Assembly (NCBI GenBank): GCA_951406725.2
Contig: OX597835.1
Span: forward strand, 37,324,001 to 37,388,000
Origin: Octopus vulgaris
Taxonomy: Eukaryota
Direction of reading: 5' to 3'
DNA length: 64,000 bases
This document shows positions 40,320-52,529 of this stretch, piece after piece (position 1 is the stretch's first letter; every line of letters starts with the position of its first letter). The notes beneath the pieces are model-generated. The model was not told the origin of the DNA and searched no databases. It saw nothing but the letters and a program-made list of their open reading frames with translations. Position numbers and translations under genes: made by a program.

Positions 40320-40879
40320 ATCATATACTACTGTGTGAGCAGTGCTATTACATCCCTTGTTAAGGTTCTCTCAACAGATTCCCTATAGAAATTGTAGCCA
40401 GCATTGATTTGTGTTACGGTGTTTCATATCTGAGACATCAGATGTAAACAAAGAATGAGAGTGAAGATGAAATATGGGTAATGGGCATATATGCCATATC
40501 TCAGGAGTTTTTGCTCCTGCATCAGCACTCATCTACCCCATTAACCATCCACGAACTCACTGCATAAACAGCCACTAAATATAGTGATGTAACATTATTG
40601 AATAAACCGATTTTCATATTAAACACATTCTTGGAAACTAGTAACATAAATATTAATGGCTTGTAGGTACATGATATTTTCGTTATGTAACCATAATATG
40701 CTACAAAGTATATTAAACGTTTTTATAAGTCAATACCGAGTACTACTGTGTTAGCAGTGCACTTAAATCACGTGTTACGGTCATCTCTATAGATTTTCTA
40801 TAGAAATTACAACCAGCACTGATTTTGTTACAATGTTTCATATTCTAGATATCAGATAGGAAAATTTGTAGAGATGACA

Positions 40880-40918
<39 letters not shown>

Positions 40919-41001
40919 AGCATCTGCTAATACTTTGCACGTACCACATCCTTGTGTTGTTGTTTTTTATTGTGTTTGTTCTTTGTTATTTTTGGATTTA
41001 C

Positions 41002-41033
<32 letters not shown>

Positions 41034-41127
41034 CATATAGATATGTGCATGTATATGTATATATATGTGTGTGTGTGTGTGTGTGTATATATATACATAT
41101 AGATATGTGCATGTATATGTATATATA

Positions 41128-41164
<37 letters not shown>

Positions 41165-41232
41165 GTATAAATATATACACACACATACATATATGCATGC
41201 ATGTATATATATATATATGTGTGTGTGTGTGA

Positions 41233-41277
<45 letters not shown>

Positions 41278-41905
41278 AGTAGATAGACAGCTAGATTGAA
41301 TACTGTGGCACAAACCATTAAATAGATAGAAAAAGAGATAACCAGTTTGTCAAAAACTAATATTAAAATGCTGAAAATAGGAAAATAGATATTGACATTT
41401 AAAATAGAATTTTTAGAAAGACAAAACTGGAGAGAAAATGGGAGATTTTATCTCCTCAATTTAAAACCATTTTTTCTTAGGATGGAAATTTCTTTTTGGA
41501 ATCCAGTCTTTGTCTTCATATCTAAGAGTTCAGTTTTGGTAGAAGTAAATCTGGGGAAATCTTCAGGTTTTGATTTAGCATTAATCACTGAATTCATTTG
41601 CTCTTGTATTTGGGTTGCAAAATTCTTGATGAGAATTTGTGTGTTGAAACAAATCTTGTTTCCATGGTGGGCCATTATGCCAACAATAATAAACACATGT
41701 GCTGGCTCTATATCACTTATTTATTGTTAGTCAATCGGTTAAGTATCTAACCTAATAACTGATCAATTAGCTGTAACTGCTAAGCTATAGGAGCATAGAC
41801 AAACCAACACTCAATGTTTAGCAGAGGTGTTTACTAACACTAAGACACATATACACATGTATATATACAGGGAAAATCCAGAAATGAGCTAATCCAGGGC
41901 TATTT

Positions 41906-44900
41906 ATCATCATCATCATCATTTAACGTCCGTTCTTCATGCTAGCATGGGTTGGACGGTTCGACCGGGGGTCTGGGAAACCAGAAGGCTGCACCAGGCT
42001 CTGGTCTTATCTGGCAACGTTTCTACAGCTGGATGCCCTTCCTAACACCAACCACTCCGTGAGTGTAGTGGGTGCTTTTTACGTGCCACCTGCACTGGTG
42101 CCAGGCGAGGCTGGCATCGGCCATGGTCGGATTGGTGCATTTTATGGAAGCTAGTCGAGGTGGCACTGGCTTCGGCTACAATTCGGATGGTGCTTTTTAC
42201 GTGCCACCGACACAGAAGCCAGCCGAGGCGGCGCTGGCATCGGCCACAATTCAGATGGTCCATTTTATGGAAGCCAGTCGAGGCGGCACTGGCTTCGGCT
42301 ACGATTCGGATGGTGCTTTTTACGTGCCACCGACACGGAAGCCAGTCGAGGCGGCGCTGGCATCAGCCACAATTCGGATAGTGCTTTTTACGTACCTCCA
42401 GTCCTAGGGCCCTGGCATCTGCTGGGTGCTAGTCATAGGATTGGTTCAATTTCGATTTCACTTACCCCAACAGGTCTTCGCAAGCAAGGGGGGTTGCCAT
42501 AGGTGCTTGTCGTCGGATGAGGTTCGATATTGACTTCGCTTGCCTCAACAGGTCTTTGTGTGTCCAAGGGGGGAAAGGCATGCATAAGTGGGCTGGACTC
42601 ACTTGTCCTGCCTGGTCTTCTCACGCACAGCATATTTCCAAAGGTCTCGGTCGCCGGTCATTTCCTCAGTGAGACCCAAGGTTCGAAGGTCGTGCTTCAC
42701 CACATCGTCCCAGGTTTTCCTGGGTCTACCTCTTCCACGGGTTCCCTCAACTGCTAAGGATTGGCACTTTTTCACACACCTATCTTCATCCATTCTCGCC
42801 ACATGACCATACCAGCGCAATCGTCTCTCTTGCACACTACAACTGATGCTTCTTAGGTCCAACATTTCTCTCAGGGTACTAACGCTCTGTCGAGTATGCA
42901 CACTGACATTACACATGCATCGGAGCATACTGGCTTCATTCCTTGCGAGCTTACGCATGTCCTCAGCAGTCACAGCCCATGTTTTACTGCCATGTAGCAT
43001 GGCTGTTCGTACACATGCATCATACAGTCTGCCTTTTACTCTGAGCGAGAGGCCTTTAGTCACCAGCAGAGGTAAGAGCTCCCTAAACTTTGCCCAGGCT
43101 ATTCTTACTCTAGCAGTTACACTTTCAATGCACTCACCCCCACTACTGACTTGGTCACCTAGATAACAGAAGCTATCAACTACTTCTGGTTTTTCCCCCT
43201 GGAAAGTGACGGAAGTTGTTTTCTGCAGATTTTCAGAGATTATTGCTCCTGAGCATCTGCCACATACAAAAACTATTTTCCCTGTTAGCCTTCCTTTGAC
43301 ATTGCTGCACCTCTTATGTGTCCATAGCTTACACTGGGTGCATCATATAGAGTTTCTACCTACACCTTTTCTACAGATCGAGCAGGGCCATCTTCCTGAA
43401 GACATTTGTGGATTGTCTACCTTCCTACTTATTAGTACTTTGGTTTTAGCTAGGTTGACTCTAAGGCCCTTCGATTCTAGACCCTCCTTCCACACCCGGA
43501 ACTTCTCCTCCAGTTCTGACAGTGACTCAGCAATTAGAGCAAGGTCGTCAGCATATAGGAGCTCCCAGGGGCAACCTATCTTGAATTCCTCCGTAATTGC
43601 CTGGAGGACTATGATAAATAGGAGGGGGCTGAGTACTGAACCCTGGTGGACTCCAACCTCTACTTTGAATTCTTCTGTGTACATGTTGCCAACCCTTACC
43701 TTACTTACGGCATCCTTGTACATGGCTTGCATAGCTCTCACCAGCCATTCATCTATCCCTAGTTTCCTCATTGACCACCAGATAAGGGATCGGGGGACCC
43801 TGTCAAAGGCTTTCTCCATGTCAATGAAAGCCAGGTACAGGGGCTTATCTTTGGCTAGGTATTTCTCCTGCAGCTGTCTCACCAGAAATATGGCATCAGT
43901 GGTGCTTTTCCCTGGCATGAAACCAAACTGCATCTTGTCCAAATTGACTCTCTCCCTAATCAGTTGGGCTATGACCCTCTCTGTAACCTTCATTACCTGA
44001 TCCAACAGCTTGATACCTCTGTAATTATTCGTATCTAGGGCATCTCCTTTACCTTTGTAGCAGTTGACTAGTATGCTGCTACACCAGTCATTGGGTATGA
44101 CTCCTTCGTGTATCACCTGGTTAACTATACGGGTGACTAGGTTATAGCCGACACTGCCAGATATTTTGAGCATCTCTGCAGTAATTCCTGATGGGCCTAG
44201 GGCTTTCCCTGTCTTCATGCTTCTAATTGCTTTAACTACCAAAGAACTGTCAACTCGGATGGCTGGTCCCTCTGTTGGGTTGACATTCGGCAGACTCTCT
44301 TTATCCCATTCATTTTCTTTATTCAGCAACCTTTCATAGTGGCATCTCCAAACCTCTCTCTTTGCATCCTCATTTAGCGCAAGTGAACCATCATCCATGC
44401 GGACACATTTCTCTCCTACCACATCACGATTCTCTCTCACACACTGTCTTGCAACACGAAATACCTCAAGTCTTTCATCCTCATGGCACAGAACATTGGC
44501 AAATTTTTTCTTATCCGCTTCCCCTCTGGCTAAATAAACCTGTCTCCTAGCTTCTCTTCTGGCTGTCTGATACAATTCCCTGCTACCACCGTTCTTCCAG
44601 TCCCTCCAAGCCTGTTTCTTTTGTCTAATAGCCCTGTCAACCACAGTGTTCCACCACCATGTTACTCTGGGTCGAGATGGGACTTTGCTCCATCCACAGA
44701 TCTGGTCAGTGGCTGTCAGCATATTGTCCCGTAGAAATCTCCAGTTGTCTTCCACATTAAGTGAAGCTATATCCCCTTCTATTTTGTCAAAGGCTTCGAG
44801 TAGTTTGTCTCTAAATCTCTGTCCATTTGCAGGATCTTTAAGCTTCCAGACCCTTCTCCTCCAAGCTGGTCTTCTTCTGGGCAACCATTTAGCTCTGATC

Positions 44901-45402
44901 CTGAAGCCGCTAACTACTAATCTATGTTGAGGAGTACATTCTTCGCCTGGAAAGGTTTTGGCATTTATAAGCAGCCCTCTTTCCCTCTTTCTGGCGAGGA
45001 TGTAGTCAATCTGGCTAGTGTGTCTGCCAGAACGGTAGGTGACTAGGTGAAAGGTGGGTTTCCTGAAGTTGGTATTGCAAACCATAAGGTCATTTGCATT
45101 GCAGAACTCCAGCAGCCTGGTTCCCTCCTCATTGCGAGAGCCAAAACTGTAGTCTCCATGAACGCCATGGAAGCCCCCGACATGCCGACCAACATGCCCA
45201 TTGAAATCACCTGCCACAAGGAGAAGGTCACTGTCATTCGTCAACGAGGTAGTCCGCAGTAGGGTGTCGTAGAATTGGTCTTTCTGTCCTTCCGGTAGCC
45301 CTGGTTGAGGGGCATATGCCGAGATGATGGTAGCTGACCTATGGTGAAGCACTAATCTAATCTTAAGTACTCTATCACTTACTCTGACTACCTCGATTAC
45401 CT
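41906..45402 (-). mobile_element. 5'-truncated RTE-clade LINE, ~3.5 kb
   Basis: APE endonuclease (AYAPQ, GDFNGH, QIDYIL), RT (FIDMEKAFD, GVHQGSVLSP, YADD), C-terminal RLRWYGHV...GRPRKTW, repeat-containing 3' UTR and (TGA)n tail. Confidence 0.97.
42599..45400 (-). pseudogene. RTE EN-RT polyprotein with a single in-frame stop at 43343-43345
   Basis: ORFs 43343-45352 and 42599-43063 are in the same frame (744 nt apart at their stops), and the sequence between them is open. Confidence 0.9.
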
Positions 45403-45581
45403 TGATAATTTCCTTTAGCTTGCTACTTCGAATTCAATATGGTTTTAATTTTGTAACTTCTTAAGTAGTTAAGTGGTGAGATGATTTAGCATCTACTTTT
45501 CAGCATATAAGCTAAAGAATTTCTTTCTATATCCTTAATTATGTATATATACATGTATGTATATATGTATGTGTGTGTATG

Positions 45582-45657
<76 letters not shown>

Positions 45658-45739
45658 ACAGAATTTAGTATGGTATTATCCATATAATTCAAAATGGGGT
45701 GATTACAATCAAAATAAGCAACAAGGATATCTAGAGGTA

Positions 45740-45829
45740 ATGCAGTAAGATTGTTTCATGTGATTCCATTCAATTGAACAATGCAAATATTACATCAATT
45801 TTAAAACATAGAGCAATCTTCAGCTGCAT
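45740..45829 (-). ncRNA. Degenerate hammerhead motif
   Basis: ATGCAG CTGAAGA ...GAAA CAATCT TA CTGCAT. Perfect 6-bp stem I and core, poor stem II and III. Confidence 0.45.
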
Positions 45830-45979
45830 AAAAATACAGAATTTAGTTAAATTCAAAGGATTCATTTGTATAGTTTTCCTATTATCCAAAATCACAAAGA
45901 GGATAAGTAGAGAGACAAAGAACATGTTTCATCAACAACATCATAGTTGTAACTATATATGTATGTATATACACACATA

Positions 45980-47195
45980 CATGGGGCATTCATTAAAGAT
46001 TTCCCTGAACCACTTCCAGTTATTGCAGGAAAAAGAACTTGTACAGGTATAATCATACATATCTCTACATGTCACATTGTAAATTACAGCTTTCTACTAG
46101 TTTTCATTTGTCTTTTACAGCTAACGAAGTGGACTGAAGTGTTATAATGGAGGCAGTTGAATGCAGATCAGTGGTCAGGTTCTTATACTTGAAAGATCGT
46201 ACACCAAAAGAGACTTTCGATGAGATGAAAGAAGTTTACGGTGACGATGTAGTCAAGCACTGGCATTGCCAGTTCAAATGTGGTTGGACATTGGTAGAAA
46301 CTGATCCTATTCCTGGATGGCCACATTCTGCTATTGATTTTAGAGCATCGCAGCATAACTATTTGGCAGCTAGTCCAAGAAGTGAAGATAAGTGGAGAGT
46401 CTGTGGAAAAAATCATTCACAACCATTTGCATGGATTCCCTGGATGATCACACCTTTTCAGTAACAGAAATGAGTTAGGTTCATTTGGCAATGTGCCAAG
46501 TAAATGAGGAAGGCTTTTTCAGCAGACTTATCACACAGGATGAAACATGGGTCCATCACTATGATCCTGAGACTAAAGTCCAGTCAAAGAAATGGAAGCA
46601 TGATAACTCACCACCTCCAAAGAAGGCTCGTGTCCAACCCTCAGCAGGCAATGTGACGCTCACAGACTTTTGAGGCCAGTAATGAGTTTTGATGATGGAT
46701 ATCCTGACAAAGGGCACCACAATTAATGGGGCACATTATGCTTCTCTGCCACAGAAATTGTGGGACACTACCAAAGCAGAGAAGCATGGCATGCTGACCA
46801 AAGGAGTCTGCCTCCTCCAAGACAACGCCCCAGTTCACAATGCGCATGTTGCTGAGATGAAAGCACACTCCTGCAGCTATGAAAACCTTCCTCATTCCCC
46901 TTTCTCTCCAGGCCTTGCACCATCTGACTTCTACCCCTTTCCAACCATGAAGTCTTTTTTGAAGGGGAAGCACTTTTCAGATGATGATGAACTTATTTCT
47001 GAGGTAAAGTCTTGGCCCCAGATGCAACCTACCGACTTCTACAGGTGAGGTCTTCACAGCTGCATAAAGCGATGGTTGCAATGTGTCACCATTTAATGGT
47101 GGCTTATGTAAAGAAGGGTTCATAATTATGCCAAGTTTTGTTTATCCCAGTCTTTGGGAAGTGGGTCAGGGGGAATCTTTAAGGAATATCCCTTG
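45980..47195 (+). mobile_element. Decayed mariner transposon, second family
   Basis: ~38-bp TIRs (GGGGCATTCATTAAAGATTTCCCTGAACCACTTCC / GGAAGTGGGTCAGGGGGAATCTTTAAGGAATATCCC). Motifs ITQDETWVHHYDPETK, LLQDNAPVH and FSPGLAPSDFYPF, with frameshifts. Confidence 0.9.
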
Positions 47196-47227
47196 TGTGT
47201 GCGTGTGTGCGTATATATATACATATG

Positions 47228-47600
47228 TGGAGGCGCAATGGCTCAGTAGGGGGTGGTGGCGATCCTTGCTGTACTCTTTTGCCACAACTTTCTCTCACTC
47301 TTTCTTCTGTTGGCCTGCTTGCTTAGCCAGCGGGGTGGCATCATTTGAAGGCTAAAACAATGCGAAGCGCATTGTGACCAGCGATGTGCAGCAACATCTG
47401 ATAGCCTGGTCAGTCACGGTGATATATACATATGTGTGTGTGTAAGTAATGGACTTTTTTTAGTTTCTATCCACCAAATTCACTCATAAGGCTTTGGTTG
47501 GTCCATGACTACAGTAGAAGTGCCATGCATGGAGACTGAAACTAGAACCACGTGGCTGGGAAGCAAATATCTTACCACTCAACCACGACGGCATCTATGC
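47228..47600. mobile_element. Deleted SINE C (+) and degenerate SINE A head (-)
   Basis: Homology to other copies. Confidence 0.65.
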
Positions 47601-48509
47601 TTATCAGAATTTTGAGGAAAAAGAATTGTTTTGAGAGAGAGAGAGAGAGAGAGAGAGAAATTATTAGAATGCAAGAAAGTATTTATGGAAAAAAGGGGAT
47701 TGGTGAATCAAAGAAAATGATTGGTGATCCATCAAAATTTGCAGAGAATTATAAATTTCCATGGCAGAGAAATTCTGTTCAAGAGCGTGTGTATTAAATT
47801 GAAAGAAGACCACACAGAGGAAATTGTCAATGTGAAAAGAGAACCTGAAGGCAGGAACCAAAAGGAAGTGGAACAAAAGACTTTATAGTGATTCTTCTTT
47901 TGTAGCAGAACTTCAAAACCAAGCAGACGACAACAATACATTTACAGTTGAGGACAAAATATTAAGATTCTTTTATCCTCGTATTGTATGTATATACAGA
48001 AGAACAGATACAAAAAAAAAGGTGCCGATGTAAGATACTATGGCAAGTCTATGTTTTGTAGCAGAATTTGAAAGCCAAACAGAAGATATGAGTGAGATGT
48101 AATTGGAAGATTCTGGAGAAAAAGTTTGGATTTTTTTTCTCTTTGTAGAAAAAGCTTGGAAACCAATTAGGTGATGCAAATAATCCCTTTTAGGAATGGA
48201 GAATCATGAAGCAAGCAAATAAAGTTATGAATAATGGTTTCAAATTTTGGAGAGCCTTCAACTTTTCAAAAACTGTTATCCTTGAGATTCACCATTCCAA
48301 AAACCAGGATTTATTTAATAATCTCTTGAAGTTTATAAATTATTTTATGTTGTCAATAACATAAAATTCTTGCTGATGAGAATAAAGTTTTTAAAATGGA
48401 TAAAGAAATTCGAAGGATTGCTTTGGTCCAATGTTATAATGCCTCTCATGTTTGTAGGAGATGTAGGTTCAAGTTGCATGGGTAACCTTCAACTTCTGCA
48501 TATATATGT

Positions 48510-48890
48510 ATGTATATATGACCTTTTTGTGTCCACAGTTCGTGATAGACCATGCCTTTCTTTTGCTGGGCTCAAATCTCATTTGTGAACCCATGGAAAA
48601 CGAACATCTGTCATCTATTCTGCCAATATGTCTGTGCACACCTTTCAATGCAATGTATGCCAGAAGGTTTGCAAATCTAACGGAGGCCTCAAAAGACATT
48701 TTAAGATCAACAAAAAGATCAGAACTTATTTGCTGCTCTTGGTGGTCCAAATGGTATATTCAATCTATGTAGGTGTCTTTTCAGAACATTGGTTTAAAAA
48801 GCCACATCAGATGCCACGATGGTTCTAAGATGTAGGTACAGGAGGTGGTCAAACTCTGCATAAAGAGCAGACAACCACCACCACTATGTA
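48510..48890 (+). mobile_element. Decayed LINE 3' end with C2H2 zinc-finger remnants (RTE/BovB-like)
   Basis: RPCLSFAGLKSHL, FQCNVCQKVCKSNGGLKRHFKI and IGLKSHIRCH, followed by a (TATG)n tail. Confidence 0.6.
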
Positions 48891-49130
48891 TGTATGTATG
48901 TATGTATGTATGTATGTATGCATGTATGTATGTATGTATGTAATGCATGCATGTATGCATGCATGCATGCATGCATATTATATTATAAATAATAAATGAG
49001 TGGAAATTGAATCAATGTGTGTGTTAGATATTAAGGCAGTATGACTCTCCCCATATGCAACAAAATTTGTTTCAACACACGAATTCACATAAAGAATCTG
49101 GCAAACCAGATACAAAAATGAAGTGTATAT

Positions 49131-50390
49131 ATTGGGTGGTCCCATAAATAATGCGTTTTTTTTCAATTGCAGGAATTAAAAGTCAGAAGAGCTACAGGAT
49201 AAACTACTTGCATCAACTTGCTATAAAAGCAAGTAGTAATTTTGCATTGTACTTATTCTTAGTGCAAGTTTTGGAGAGTGCAGTTCAATTTTAACAGTTA
49301 TTTTATCAAAGCAATAATGGAAGTGACAAAGGAGCCTAGTCAGCATATTTTGCTTTATGAGTTCAATAAAGGCAACAATGCAAAGGAAAGTGTGAGGAAT
49401 ATTAATGCAGTATATGGGGATCAGACAGTAAATGCAAGCCTGTGTCAATGGTGGTTCCAGAAATTCCAAGCCAGAAACTACAGCCTAGAAGACGAGCCTC
49501 ATCCTGGAAGATCTGTAGAACTAGATGAGGATATCCTGCGAACCCTCGTGGTACAAAATCCCATCGTAATGTTGAGGAACTCGCAGAGAAGCTTGGATCT
49601 GATCCTTCAACCATTCATTGACACATGTGTGCCATCAATGGCTTCCTCATAAACTTTCTGAGTCTCATTGCATGCAAAGAGTGAATATGTGCTCTTCTTT
49701 GCTGTCACGTATCATGACCGAACCTCTCTTTGACCGAATAGTGACTGGTGATGAGAAATGGGTTCCCTATAAAACTGTCAAGCATTGAAGACAGTGGGTA
49801 GGGAAAAGAGAAACACTGGCACCCCAAGCTGAAGAAGATCTTCACCCACATAAGGTGTTGTTATCTGTTTGGTGGGATATGAAAGGTTTAATCCACTTTG
49901 AACTTTTAAACCCAAACCAAATGATAACAAAGGAGATCTCCTGTGAGCAGCTTGAGTGGCTTAAGTCAGTGCTAGAAGAAAAACGATCATCTTTGGTTTC
50001 AAGACGAAAGGAGTTCTTCCATTAGAATAATGCTTCGCCACATACAACAAGGGTGATATTCCAAAGGCTGGAGATGTTTGAATGGGAAACGATATTCCAC
50101 CAAACATATTCACCAGACATTGCCCTATCTGATTATCATTTATCCTGCAGTCTTCAAAATCATTTGAACAGAAAAAATATGAATTCTATAGACAAGGTCA
50201 GAACAGTACTGGAGGAGTATTTTTTGTCACGGTCAAGTGAATTTTGGAAGAGGGGCCTTGCAAGTCTACCAGATAGATAGAAGAGCATTGTAGAAAATGA
50301 AGGAGTGTATATTTTAGATAAAAAAAAAAGAACTTTGTTTATCTTAATTTTGAAAAAAAAACCTCATTATGTATGGAATGACCCAAAATA
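49131..50390 (+). mobile_element. Decayed full-length mariner, same family as 2126-3398
   Basis: TIRs ATTGGGTGGTCCCATAAATAATG and CATTATGTATGGAATGACCCAA. Motifs IVTGDEKW and YSPDIALSDYHL. Confidence 0.9.
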
Positions 50391-50489
50391 TACAAAATAC
50401 TGCTAAAGAATTTTGCTCAGTGCGCTAACGTCTCTCTATCAGCCTGCCACCTTAATGATGATGATAATAATAAATAATAATAAGAAGAA

Positions 50490-50845
50490 GAAGAAGAAAA
50501 ATAGTAATGATTTCAAATTTCTGTACAAGGCCAGCAATTTTCGGGGAGGTGGTAAATGGATTGATTGACTCCAGTGTTCAATTGGTACTTATTTATTCAT
50601 TTATTGCCCACAGGGGACTAAACATAGAGAGGACAAACAAGGACAGACAAAGGAATTAAGTCGATTACGTCGACCCCGGGGCATAACTAATACTTATTTA
50701 ATCGACCCCGAAAAGATGAAAGGCAAAGTCGACCTCGGCAGAATTTGAACTCAGAACGTAATGGCGAACGAAATTCAGCAAAGCATTTCACCCAGCGTGC
50801 TAACATCTCTGTCAGCAAACAGACCTTCAACTGGTACTTATTATA
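50490..50845 (-). mobile_element. Nested SINE family B copies
   Basis: Reverse complement of the family B core. Confidence 0.8.
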
Positions 50846-50849
50846 GGTA

Positions 50850-50997
50850 TAGGCATGGCTGTGTGGTAAGAAGCTTGCTTCCTAACCACGTGGTTGCAGG
50901 TTCAGTCCCACTGCATGGTACCTTGCGGCAAGTGCCTTCTACTATAGCCGACCAAAGCCTTTTGAGAGGATCTGGTAGATGGAAACTGAAAGAAGCT

Positions 50998-51055
<58 letters not shown>

Positions 51056-51275
51056 ATATGTGTATGTATATTTTTGTGTGTCCGTGTTTGTCCCGCCACC
51101 ATCACTTGACAACCAATGTTGGTGTGTTTACATCCCCTATAACTTAGCGGTTCAGTAAAAGAGACTGGTAGAATAACTACTAGGCTTACAAAGAGTAAGT
51201 CTTAGGGTCGATTTGTTTGACTAAAGGCACTGCTCCAGCATGGCTGCAGTCATATGACAGAGACGAGTAAAAGAA
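50850..51275 (+). mobile_element. SINE family A
   Basis: Full head and tail. Confidence 0.88.
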
Positions 51276-51317
51276 TATGTATATTTGTATGTACATACAT
51301 TTGTTTTAATTGTATAG

Positions 51318-51790
51318 AGTGGCTAACCAGCTTCCGTGCCAGTGGCACATAAAAGGCACCATTCGAGTGTGATCGTTGCCAGCTTTGCCTTACTGGCACT
51401 TGTGCCCTTGCTTGTTGGGTGCTAAGAGCACCATCTAAGCGTGTTCGTTGCCAGAGCGGCTAACTGGCTTTCATGCCGATGGCATGTAGGAGGCACCATT
51501 CGAGCGGGATTGTTACCAGCATCACTTTACTGGCACCTGTGCCGTTGGCATGTGCAAAAAGATTCGAGCGAGGTCATTGCCAGTACCGCCTGACTGGCCC
51601 CCGTGCCGGTGGCACGTAAAAGCACCCGCTACACTCTCGGAGTGGTTGGTGCTAGGAAGGGCATTCAGCTGTGGAAACTCTGCCAGATCAAACTGGAGCC
51701 TGGCGCAGCCATCTGGTTCGCTAGCCCACAGTCAAACCATCCAACCCATGCTAGCATGGGAAGCGGATGTTAAACGATGATGATGATGAT
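51318..51790 (+). mobile_element. RTE 3' UTR copy (variant subfamily)
   Basis: GTGCC.GTGGCAC.TAAAAG.CACC units and (TGA)n tail. Confidence 0.8.
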
Positions 51791-52529
51791 GTATACTTTT
51801 TCATGCTTACATGGGTCAAATGGAATTTGATGAGGCAGATTTTCTATAACTGGGCGCTCTTCCTGTCATTAACCCTCACTCATTTCCTATCAAGGTAATG
51901 ATGATATGAACAGGGATATAACAACTTGAAATATGTGAATATAAGAAACATTTTATCATTAACAATTGGCAGGCATTACAAAGTGACTCAGGGACTCAGA
52001 ATTTTCTGTATTAGCATTCAGGTACACACTCAAATATATACATACACACATACCTATTATACATACATACATACATACATATTAATTATATATATATATA
52101 TATATATATATGAGTATGTATATGTGTGAATACATGTTTATATATTTTTATATATATATATATATATATATAAACATGTATTCACACATATATATGCTCA
52201 TATACATGCATATATTCAGATGTATATGCTTACAAACTTACATATACTCACACATGCAGAACACAGATAATATATATACTGACAGCCAAGTGAAATATTT
52301 ACTTGGAGGTATGTTTAAGTCGTTAACCATTCTTGAAGCTCTAACTCCGCACTTTCTACTTTATTAATTAGCGATGCAATAGATCTGGTTTCACTTGGCA
52401 ATGTTTTCTGTAATGTCATCACCACCGTCATCATAATGATGATGACGATGATGATGATGATGATAATCTTAATAATAATAATATTAATAATAATAATAAT
52501 GATGGTGATGATGATGATGATGATAATAA

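Noticed and set aside
40413-40448. Minus-strand CTGATG...GAAACACCGTA hammerhead-like motif
   Set aside because: A9 is missing and there is no stem I or II. The tandem partner (40828-40860) is no better.
43206-44000. 264-aa + strand ORF
   Set aside because: Antisense shadow of the RTE reverse transcriptase.
47660-48180. Purine-rich unique-looking segment as coding exon
   Set aside because: Frequent stops in all frames and no recognisable motifs or good splice sites.
48628-48828. Host C2H2 zinc-finger gene
   Set aside because: Fingers are frameshifted or stop-containing, lack TGEKP linkers, and are followed by a microsatellite tail, which fits a LINE 3' end better.
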